Source: Acidobacteriota bacterium (GTDB taxonomy: Bacteria > Acidobacteriota > Vicinamibacteria > JAXLQT01). Taken from it: a stretch of DNA of 64,000 bases. Each line of letters opens with the position of its first letter. Position 1 is the first letter of the stretch. Both the position numbers and the translations under genes were made by a program. Positions 18,348 through 26,714 of this stretch are shown in pieces. Location of the stretch: positions 267 through 64,266 of the forward strand of contig JAXLQT010000036.1 in NCBI GenBank assembly GCA_046331505.1, given 5' to 3'. The notes below the pieces were generated by a model. The model saw only the letters and a program-made list of their open reading frames with translations. It searched no databases and was not told the origin of the DNA.

Positions 18348-19126
18348 GCCCGCGCCGCTTCGCCGAGCGGCTCGCGCGCCAGGCGGCCCGCGTCGCGCTC
18401 GCCCACGCGCGCAGGCCCGGCCAGTCTTCCGTGCGCGTCACCCGCAAGGAGGACCACACGATCGTCACCAGGGCGGATCGCGCGATCGAGCGCATCTTCG
18501 TCCGAGAGATCCGCGAGGCGTTCCCCGATCACGGCATCCTCGGGGAGGAGGGCGCGCGCCGCGGCGGATCGGGCCGCCACCTCTGGGCACTCGATCCGAT
18601 CGACGGCACGAGCGCCTACAGCCGCGGCATCCCGCTCTACACGATCTCCATCGCGCTCCTGGAGGACGGCGTCCCCCGCATGGGCGTCGTCCACTTCCCC
18701 GCCCTGCGCGAAACCTATTCCGCCGAGCGCGGCGAGGGCGCCTGCGAGGGGGCGCGACGGCTCCGCAAGATCCCGAGCCCGCTTCCGTTCGGTGTCGAGA
18801 CGCTGTTGCTCCTGCCGAGCAACGCTCACCGGCGCTACCTCATCGAGCTCGCCGGCAAGGGACGATCCCTCGGCAGCACGGCGGGTCACATCGCCTACGT
18901 CGCGCGCGGCACCGCCGAAGCCGCCCTCTGCCGCGGCTCCCTCTGGGACATCGCCGCCGCCGCGGTCAGCCTCGAGGAAGCGGGCGGCGCGCTCTCCTAC
19001 CTGTCGGGCCGGGCGATCGACTGGTCCGAGCTCGCGTCCGGCCGCATCGCTCCCGAGGCGATCCTCGCGGCCCATCCCGCGGCCCTCCCCGAGCTCCGCT
19101 GGCGCATCGCACGCAAACCGGTCTGA
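18344..19126 (+). CDS. inositol monophosphatase family protein
   Basis: GTG at 18344 overlaps the acylase stop (GTGA). Motifs are ILGEEG, WALDPIDGT and WDIAAA. It lies inside spurious ORF 17189..19126. Confidence 0.8.
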   Translation: MSPRRFAERLARQAARVALAHARRPGQSSVRVTRKEDHTIVTRADRAIERIFVREIREAFPDHGILGEEGARRGGSGRHLWALDPIDGTSAYSRGIPLYTISIALLEDGVPRMGVVHFPALRETYSAERGEGACEGARRLRKIPSPLPFGVETLLLLPSNAHRRYLIELAGKGRSLGSTAGHIAYVARGTAEAALCRGSLWDIAAAAVSLEEAGGALSYLSGRAIDWSELASGRIAPEAILAAHPAALPELRWRIARKPV

Positions 19127-19131
19127 CCGCC

Positions 19132-19668
19132 CTACTCCCCTTCGATCTCGTGATCGATGATGACGGAGGCGTCGGTCGCGCCCGCGTCGGTCTCCTTCAG
19201 GATGCCCTCGAGATCGCCCGCCGTCGTCGACATCGCGTCGCCGTCCTTGTCCACGCGTGCCTTGATCATCAGCTTGCCGCTGAGACCCGCCCCGCCTCCC
19301 ATGGGGTTGTCCGCGGACGTGAGGGTGAACGAGGCGGGAAACGAGATCGGCGAGATGCGCTTGAGCGCGAGCGGCGGTCCTCCCGCGGCGGGACGCGCGA
19401 TCACGTAGAGGATGTCGTTCGCCCCGACCTTGGACGCGAGCTCCGGCGCGATCGTGATCTTCCCGGAGATCGAGCCTCCGGATGCCGGGACCGGCGCCGC
19501 GGCGGGAGAGGCGGCGGCACCGCCGAACGTCTCGGGCTCGTGCGCGGGGACGAGCGGGAATTCCTCCGCACCGGGCGGGAGCGTCGGGGCAGGCGTCGCC
19601 GTCTGGGCGAACGACCGCCCGGAGACGGAGATCAGTGTGGCGGCGAGCACGAAGGGGAAGCGTCGCAT
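19132..19668 (-). CDS. periplasmic protein resembling the C-terminal domain of cytochrome c biogenesis factor CcmI/CycH
   Basis: Start at MRRFPFVLAATLISVSG (signal peptide). SISGKITIAPELASKVGANDILYVIARPAAGGPPLALKRI...KARVDKDGDAMSTTAGDLEG resembles the CycH C-terminal region as I remember it. Confidence 0.45.
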   Translation of the reverse strand: MRRFPFVLAATLISVSGRSFAQTATPAPTLPPGAEEFPLVPAHEPETFGGAAASPAAAPVPASGGSISGKITIAPELASKVGANDILYVIARPAAGGPPLALKRISPISFPASFTLTSADNPMGGGAGLSGKLMIKARVDKDGDAMSTTAGDLEGILKETDAGATDASVIIDHEIEGE

Positions 19669-19729
19669 CCCGCGATCGTAGCCTGCCGACCGGCTAGGAT
19701 CATCGCGCCGTGAACGGGAACGCGTCTCG

Positions 19730-21403
19730 ATGAGCGCCAAGCCGATCCTCTCGACGGGCGCGCGCCTTCTCGTGGGTGCGCTCGCAGACGCCGGCGTGGC
19801 GCGCGTCTACGGGATGCCCCAGGCACTCGACCTCCCGCTCTGGGATTGCCTGAAAGGCGGGACGCGCGGCGAGCCGCCGCTGAAGCCCTGCGTTCCCGTG
19901 AGCGATCTCGGCGGCGCGTTCATGGCGCTGGGCGACGGCAGGCTCGAGCGGGCGCCGGCCGCTCTCCTGCTGACGCCTTCGCCGGGTCTGGACCAGAGCC
20001 TCTCGGCGATCGGCGAGGCGCGCCTCCTGGGCGTGCCGATGCTCGTCGTCGTCACGCTGCCGGGAGAGGCGGGATCGGATGCCTTCGAGCGGCTGCCGCT
20101 CCGGCCCTTCAAGAACGTGTTGATCGTCGAGAGCGCGCCGCGGATCGCCGAGGTGGTCGCCGCGGCGTGGAGCGCGACGCGCGAGGGGCGCGGGGGACCG
20201 GTCGCCCTCCTCCTGCCGGAGCGACTCCTCGGCGAAAGCGCGCCGAGGACGCTGGCACCCGTACCGGATCCCGGCGCGCTCCTACGAGATCCCGAGGAGC
20301 CCGCGAAGATCGAGCGGGCGATCGGGATGCTGCACGGCGCTCATCGCCCCGGGATCATGGTCGGGCCCGGAGCACTCCCCGCGGCCACCGAGCTCGCGCA
20401 GCTAGCCCAGAACCTCGGCGCCCCGTCGATGGGCACCGCCCTCGGACGCGGCGCGCTCGGCGACGATCATCCCCTCGCCATCGGACACGGCGACTTCGAC
20501 GCCGGGCCGCGCCACGCACGGCGGATCGTCGAGACGCGGGACGTGATCCTCGCGGTTGGGATCGGGCGTGTACCCCCTCCCACCCGGAAGGGCGTCACCG
20601 TGATCCAGATCGACTCGAGCCCCGATCCCGCGTCGGCTGCGGATCTCGTGATCGCATCGGATCCGCGCTCGGCCCTGCCGCTCCTCTCCGCCGCGGGCCG
20701 TCGCGCGCCCGAGCGAAAGCTGCGCGAGCGCATCCAGAAGGGAAAGCGCGATCACGCGGCATCGCTCACGCTCGCGCCGCGGGAGGACGGCGTCCAGCCC
20801 GAGCTCTTCTACTCGCGCCTCCGGAGCCGCATGGCCCGCGATGGCGTCCTCGTCGTCGATGCGGGCCGCCACGCGCTGTGGGCGCTGCACGCCTTCTCGG
20901 TTTACCAGCCGAACACCTTCCACGTGCCCGCGAGCGATCAGGCGCTGGGACTCGCGCTTCCCGCGGCCATCGGAGCGAAGCTCGCGCAGCCCGACCGCCC
21001 CGTCGTCACCGTCACCGGGCACGCATCCTTCCTGGTCACCGCCATCGAGCTTCGCACCGCCGTCGACCTCCGCGTCCCGCTCCCGGTCTTCGTTCTCGAG
21101 GAGAAGGAAGACGAGCCCGGCGCGATGCCGCCGGCTCGCGGCCGCAAGGGACCCGGAGTCGATTTCCGCGCCCTCGCCCAGGCGCTCGGCGCCCGCAACG
21201 TCCGCATCGAGAACGATCTCGCGCTCGACGCCGGCCTCGACGCCGCGCTCGCGAGCGCCGATCGCCCCACGCTCTGCCACGTCCGCATCCTCTACGACCG
21301 GCCCGCGCCCTCGACGTCGCAGGACCATGGCCGCGCCGGGCGCATCTCCGGCGTCCGGTCGCTCGCGCGCGCCCTCACGCGCCGCCTCTGGCGCCGGAGC
21401 TGA
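19730..21403 (+). CDS. thiamine-diphosphate-dependent enzyme (acetolactate synthase-like fold)
   Basis: 557 aa with the three-domain ThDP enzyme layout: GARLLVGALADAGVARVYG..., a central domain, then C-terminal VVDAGRHALWA...TVTGHASFL. Confidence 0.7.
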   Translation: MSAKPILSTGARLLVGALADAGVARVYGMPQALDLPLWDCLKGGTRGEPPLKPCVPVSDLGGAFMALGDGRLERAPAALLLTPSPGLDQSLSAIGEARLLGVPMLVVVTLPGEAGSDAFERLPLRPFKNVLIVESAPRIAEVVAAAWSATREGRGGPVALLLPERLLGESAPRTLAPVPDPGALLRDPEEPAKIERAIGMLHGAHRPGIMVGPGALPAATELAQLAQNLGAPSMGTALGRGALGDDHPLAIGHGDFDAGPRHARRIVETRDVILAVGIGRVPPPTRKGVTVIQIDSSPDPASAADLVIASDPRSALPLLSAAGRRAPERKLRERIQKGKRDHAASLTLAPREDGVQPELFYSRLRSRMARDGVLVVDAGRHALWALHAFSVYQPNTFHVPASDQALGLALPAAIGAKLAQPDRPVVTVTGHASFLVTAIELRTAVDLRVPLPVFVLEEKEDEPGAMPPARGRKGPGVDFRALAQALGARNVRIENDLALDAGLDAALASADRPTLCHVRILYDRPAPSTSQDHGRAGRISGVRSLARALTRRLWRRS

Positions 21404-21753
21404 TGCTCATCGCCGTCGCCGGCCCCTACTCCGCGCCCACCGAAGCGGAGCGGCAGCGGAATCTCGACCGCATGAACCAGGCAGCCGCGGAGCTCCTCGC
21501 CCGCGGCCACGTGCCCGTCATCGGCGTCAACGCCGCGCTCCCCGTCGTCGCCCGCCTTCCTCCGTCCGAGCGCTACGAGGCGATCATGACCATCTCGCTC
21601 GCGGTCGTGGATCGATGCGACGGCCTGCTCCTGCTCGGCGAGTCCCCCGGCGCCAACCGCGAGCGCGATCTGGTCCTGGGCAAGGGGCTCCCCGTCTGGA
21701 CGCGCCTCGCCGATGTCCCGCCAGCTGGACCAGCGGAGTCTCGATCCCGTTGA
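21403..21753 (+). CDS. DUF4406 / nucleoside 2-deoxyribosyltransferase-like small protein
   Basis: TGATG overlap with the upstream stop. MLIAVAGPYSAPTEAERQRNLDRMNQAAAELLARGHVPVIGVN...CDGLLLLGESPGANRERDL fits the DUF4406 pattern from memory. Confidence 0.5.
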   Translation: MLIAVAGPYSAPTEAERQRNLDRMNQAAAELLARGHVPVIGVNAALPVVARLPPSERYEAIMTISLAVVDRCDGLLLLGESPGANRERDLVLGKGLPVWTRLADVPPAGPAESRSR

Positions 21754-21785
21754 CGGCGGGGAAGCAGAAAGCGGCACGACCTCGT

Positions 21786-23845
21786 TCACCAGATCCAGAG
21801 GACGTCTCGTCCGCCGCCGTCTTGGTCCAGGAGCAACGTGCAACGCCTGCCGGTGAGCCACCGCGCGACGTCCGCGGGGTGGTAATCAGGCGGGTACTCG
21901 CGCCCACTCCGGCCGTCGACGACCGTCTCGATCCGTTCGCCCAGGTCCGTCGCTGCACCGGAGAGATCCAGGCCGCACTCCCCGCCTCCGTCCAGCACCA
22001 CGTCGATCGCGACGACGCCATCGTCCGTGGCGAGAAGGCGCACGATCGATCCGCCGTACGGGTGCCCCACGGGGAGAGGATCGCAGGCGGCCGCCTCCGC
22101 GAACGGGCCTGAGAGCCAGCATCGAACCGAGGCATCGCGACACTCCGGGCATGAGACGTGAAAGAGCCGCCGTCTCCTCGCGGCACGGTCGAGCGCCGGA
22201 ACCAGCACGCCGGCGCGATACCGGAACGGCGTCGCCTGGAAGTAGGTGCCGTCGCCCCGGACCGGATCCGATCCGCGGGCCCACTGCGTGACGTTGACGA
22301 TGATCTCGTCCTCGATCGCCTCGAATGTGCCGACGCCGTAGTCGTGGACCGTGAACAGGAGCGGAGCTCCGCCGCTGCCGTCGAGGATCGCGACCGTCCA
22401 GTAGGCGATGCCCAGACCGTTGCCGGTGTAGCAGTGGCGCGCGACGATGAGCTCCCTGTCTCCATCGCCGTCGAGATCGGCCATCAGCACCTCGAAGTCC
22501 CGCGGATCGAAGCCAGGACTCGACCATCGCGCGATCACCTGCGCGCGACGCTCGATGCGCGCCTCCTGATCGGATCCCGTTCGTCCCACGCAGACGCGCT
22601 CCGTCCGGCCGACCGCGACGCACCAGGACTCGTCGCAGCCTTTGGATGGATCCCGGCTCGGGGCCGGAAACTTCTCGAGCAGCGCCGGGCGGATGGGCGG
22701 CGCGGCACGGAAGGCTGACCGGACGACCGGCCTCCGCCCGCCGAGAACCCGCGCGAGGCGTGCGTATCCTCTGGCCGCTGCGTAGTCAGCCGCCGTACGG
22801 CCCCAGCGATCCTCCTGTCGCCGATCGCCGCCCGCCCGGACGAGCGCGAGGGCGATCGCCTCCTGACCCGTCTCCGCGGCGAGCATGAGCGCGCTGCGTC
22901 GGTCCTCCGTCAGCAGGTTGGGGTCCGCACCCGCCCGAAGCAACGCCGTGACGATCCGCCGACGTCCACGGTGCGCGGCGTACATGAGCGCCGTCACGCC
23001 GTACTCGTCCCTTCCGTCGACGGGGAGTCCCTGCGAAAGGAGCAGCCGCACCATCGCGGCGTCGTCGCGCACGACCGCGGCCGAGAGCAACGTCGTGCCC
23101 TCACCTCCTCGCCGCTGGGATCCGCTCCCGCCACCAGGAGCTGCCTAGCGGTGCGTACCCTCGAGGCCTCGACGGCCGCGCGAAGCGCCCGGCGTTCCGC
23201 CACTCCACCGTCATCGGAGAGTTCTCCGAGCGCGAGGAGACGCTGCAGGAGAACGACGTCTCCTCGCTCCGCCGCCCACGCGACCACCTTTCGCCGCTCA
23301 TCCCGCGCCAGAGGCACCGTCCTCTCCAGAAGCGCGCTCACGCACGGCACGCACCCGGCCTCCACGGCTTCCTCTAGGGGCGTGTGACGGTCGCCTTCGG
23401 GCCAGACTGGCCTCGCGCCCGCGCGCAGCGCCTCCCGGATCACGGACGCGCAGCCAGACCTCGCCGCAAGGACGAGATCGGCAGTGCCGTGATCCCAGAC
23501 CTTGATGCCAACGCCGAGAAGCAACCGGGCGGCCCCAACCTGACACTGCTCCGCCGCGAGCGCGATCGCCGTCTTGCCGTCCGGCCCCGCGGCGTCGATC
23601 TCGGCTCCGGCATCGAGCAAGACCCTCATGGTCTTCAAGTGACCGCCCATCGCAGCGAGCATCAGCGCCGTCTCGCGCTCGCAGGTGGTCGCGCCGACGA
23701 GCTCGGGCGCCGCCGCCAGGAGACGCTTCACCTCCGCTGCCCTGCCCTGCCGCGCCGCCGCCAGGAAGGCCGCGGTCGGATCCTCGGACGCGCTCGCGCC
23801 CGACCACCACACGAGCCAGGCGGCCACCGCCGCCTTCGCAGTCAA
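21786..23845 (-). CDS. secreted ankyrin-repeat protein with Cys-rich/FG-GAP-like C-terminal domain; apparent frameshift near 23095-23112
   Basis: ORFs 22994..23845 (signal peptide plus ANK repeats, ending ..LLVAGADPSGEE then junk) and 21786..23090 (..GTTLLSAAVVRDDAAMVRLLLSQGLPVDGRDEYGVTALMYAAHRG..) join into continuous ANK repeats if one frame change is allowed. Confidence 0.6.
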
Positions 23846-24095
23846 GCTTCTGTCCTCGACCAGCGACGATCCAAGCCGCGTGCCACGACCTGCTCGCCCG
23901 TGCCCTCCCCGATCGTGTCACCACGTCAACGGCGCGAGGGTCGGCGAGTGCGCCCCGCTGACACGCGCGTCGCTTCGACGAAGGCTCGCGACGGTCCGCG
24001 CGCGGGCCCCAACTACCCCCTCGCAGCACGAGGCGCGACGAGGACGCCCAGGAAAGGGCTTGACTCCTGGCGCCAGATAAGATAGCCTTAATCAA

Positions 24096-24797
24096 ATGCC
24101 GGCACCTGTGCAAGCGGATCTCCCATTCAAGGCTCGCGGGGGCAAGCGCGAGGGCGCCGGGCGGCCGCGATCGCCCCACGGAGGCGTCCCCCACCGGCGG
24201 AGGCCGGAGGTGTCGCGCCACCATCCGATCCATCTCACGCTGCGGATCCACAAGAACGCGGGGAAGATCCGCAACCGGGAGGCTGCCCGCGTGCTGCGCA
24301 AGGCGTTTCGGGAGGGACGCGAGCGCTTCGGCCTCCGGCTCGTCCACTTCTCCGTGCAGGACACGCATCTGCACCTCATCGTGGAGAGCGAAGGCAAGGA
24401 CTCGCTTCGTCGCGGGGCGACCGGCCTCGCGGTGCGCATCGCACGGGGCATCAACCGGCTCAGGAAGCGGCGCGGTCAGGTCATCGCCGAGCGGTACCAC
24501 ATGCACGTCCTGGCCACTCCCTCGGAGGTGAAGAACTGCCTCCGCTACATCCTCAACAACGCTTTCCATCACCTCCCAGAGCCGCCGCCTCCACCGCGCG
24601 CGCCGCTCGGGGGCGTGGACGTCTTCTCGTCGGGCCTCTATTTCGACGGCTGGCGCGATCAGCACCTCGTGAAGGCGATCCCCAAGGGTCCGCCGCCGCG
24701 CGTGCCGCCACGCACGTGGCTCCTGGAGTCGGGCTGGCGCCGGCACGGCCGCATCGGGTTCCACGAGATCGGTCCGTATGCGCCTCGAGGCGAATAG
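24096..24797 (+). CDS. REP-associated tyrosine transposase-like protein (RAYT / IS200-like Y1 transposase fold)
   Basis: HUH motif in FSVQDTHLHLIVESEG. The candidate catalytic Tyr is in EVKNCLRYILNNAFHH. There is an Arg-rich N-terminus. A locally AT-rich stretch (ataagatagccttaatcaaATG) lies just upstream. Confidence 0.7.
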   Translation: MPAPVQADLPFKARGGKREGAGRPRSPHGGVPHRRRPEVSRHHPIHLTLRIHKNAGKIRNREAARVLRKAFREGRERFGLRLVHFSVQDTHLHLIVESEGKDSLRRGATGLAVRIARGINRLRKRRGQVIAERYHMHVLATPSEVKNCLRYILNNAFHHLPEPPPPPRAPLGGVDVFSSGLYFDGWRDQHLVKAIPKGPPPRVPPRTWLLESGWRRHGRIGFHEIGPYAPRGE

Positions 24798-24877
24798 GCG
24801 GACATGGGCGATCGCGATCCTCGAGGTCGAGAGGAGCCGCGAGCGTCAGGGCGCGATCGCGACCCGCAGGGACGCGA

Positions 24878-25595
24878 TCAGGCGGGACTGGCTTCGATCA
24901 CGCTGAGGAGGCCCGGCATGGGGACCACGCGCCCCATCTCGAATCCCGCGTGACGGAGCAAGGCGTCCCACTCGTGGGTCGAACGCTCGCGGCCGCCGAG
25001 CGCCACCATCATGTGGAGATCGATCCACTTCGCGGGATGGGGATCGTTGTCCTTCCCGAGCACGGCTTCGACGACCAGGAGCGTCCCGCCGGGCGCGATC
25101 GCCTCGCGACTCCGCGCGCGCAGCCACGCCGGCGCTCTCGAAGACCAGCGGCGCACCGGCGATGGCATCCGGGATGTCGAACAGCACTCCCCGGAGGCCC
25201 GGGATGGCCCGGAGGATGCCCGCGAGCGCGCGCCCCTGGCCTCCGCCTACGTCGACCAGCGACGTGAGCTTCGAGAAGTCGACGGCCGCGCAGAGCGCTG
25301 GCGCCGACCCGGCCGAGAGGACCGACATTGCACGGGCGAAGCGCTGGCCCACCTCGGGCCTCGCGCGGAAGTAGTCCCACATGGACATCCCGGTTGCCGC
25401 GGGGAACGACGGCTCGCCCGTCCGAATCACGTCGTGAACCCGCATCCAAGCCAGGAGGTTGCCGTCATGAGCGGCGTAGAGCACGTAGTCACGGACGGAT
25501 CCGGGCACGCCATCGCGCAGCGGCTCCGAGAGGGCGGTGTTCTCGAAGCGTCCTTCTTCGTCCTCGCGGAAGATCCCGAGGAGGCTCTGGAGCGC
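24878..25595 (-). pseudogene. decayed class I SAM-dependent O-methyltransferase (Methyltransf_2/COMT-like)
   Basis: The N-terminal dimerisation domain is cut off by an in-frame TGA at 25596-25598. LVDVGGGQGRALAGILRAIPGLRGVLFDIPDAI is followed, after a frame change near 25120-25160, by AIAPGGTLLVVEAVL...RERSTHEWDALLRHAGF. About 45 aa normally found between these blocks are missing. Confidence 0.6.
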
Positions 25596-25633
25596 TCATC
25601 ACGTCATTTGAGCACGAGCCGGCGTGGCCGCAC

Positions 25634-26041
25634 TCAGGTCCGCCCCCGGCGCCTCGCCGTCGTGGCCACCTTCTTCGAGGTCGTCCCTCTCGTCAGGCTC
25701 CGGGGCGCGCGCACGCGGTAGGACGCCTCGATCAGCTCGGCCGCCTTCGATCGGTCGATGGCGCCGAGGCGTACCAGCACGATCGCGTGCCCGTCGTAGT
25801 GGGGCGTCGTGAAGTACCGGCGCGGGTCGAGCGCGATCATCGCCTCCTTCGTCTCGATGGACTCCACCCAGACGACCAGCGCCTCCGGGTCGGGACGGAT
25901 CCACGCGAACATGCGCGGCTTGGTCCGCCACGACGGGCGGCCCTCGTAAGACGGTTGCTCCAGCGCACCCGGCAGTGCCATGGCGATGCGGCGGATGTCG
26001 GCTTCGGTCACCACCGAGCGCCGCCTCCGGCGGAGATGCAA
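25634..26041 (-). CDS. MmcQ/YjbR-family protein
   Basis: IRRIAMALPGALEQPSYEGRPSWRTKPRMFAWIR...HYDGHAIVLVRL fits the YjbR-like pattern. Both ends are uncertain. Confidence 0.6.
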   Translation of the reverse strand: MHLRRRRRSVVTEADIRRIAMALPGALEQPSYEGRPSWRTKPRMFAWIRPDPEALVVWVESIETKEAMIALDPRRYFTTPHYDGHAIVLVRLGAIDRSKAAELIEASYRVRAPRSLTRGTTSKKVATTARRRGRT

Positions 26042-26042
26042 G

Positions 26043-26714
26043 TCACGACGTGCGCGGCACGCGCCGGGACAGCCAGGCGGCGACGTCCCGGATCTCCTCG
26101 GGCAGGACGTGGTGCGCCATCGGGTAGGTGTGGAACTCGACGTCGTAGCCGAGCTCCTCGAGCTGACGGCGGCAGAGCTGTCCGAGCGGCAGCGGCAAGA
26201 GTGGGTCGTGGGTGCCGTGGGCCTGGAAGATGGGCGTGCTCTGGTTGGCGGGGCTGCGCTCCGTTGCGAGGGCTTCGGCCTCGATGAGGTAGGTGGAGAG
26301 GGCGAGGATCCCCGCGAGCTTCTCGGGGTGGCGAAGGCCGGCGTAGAGCGCGATGGCGGCGCCCTGGGAGAAGCCGGCCAGGAGGATGCGATGCGGGGCG
26401 ATGCCGCGAGACGTCTCGCGGGCGATGAGGTTCTCGACGTCCTCCTCCGACTCGCGGACGTCGCCCATGTCGTAACCGGCCGCGGTGCCGAGATCGGTGA
26501 TGTCGTACCAGGCGGGCATGAGCATGCCCATGTTGACCGTCACGCATCGCCGCGGAGCGTGGGGGAAGACGAAGCGCACGTGAGGCAGGCCCAGCTCGGG
26601 GACGATGGGCTCGAAGTCGTGGCCGTCGGCGCCGAGGCCGTGGAGCCAGATGATCGATCCGGAGTGCGGCTCCACGGGCTCGACATCGACCGTCGGGAGC
26701 AGCGGCCGCGCCAT
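26043..26714 (-). CDS. carboxylesterase/phospholipase (alpha/beta hydrolase, Abhydrolase_2)
   Basis: Start ATG at 26714 (TGATG overlap with the upstream stop). Motifs are IIWLHGLGADGHDF, the nucleophile elbow GFSQGAA, and HGTHDPLLP. Confidence 0.85.
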   Translation of the reverse strand: MARPLLPTVDVEPVEPHSGSIIWLHGLGADGHDFEPIVPELGLPHVRFVFPHAPRRCVTVNMGMLMPAWYDITDLGTAAGYDMGDVRESEEDVENLIARETSRGIAPHRILLAGFSQGAAIALYAGLRHPEKLAGILALSTYLIEAEALATERSPANQSTPIFQAHGTHDPLLPLPLGQLCRRQLEELGYDVEFHTYPMAHHVLPEEIRDVAAWLSRRVPRTS

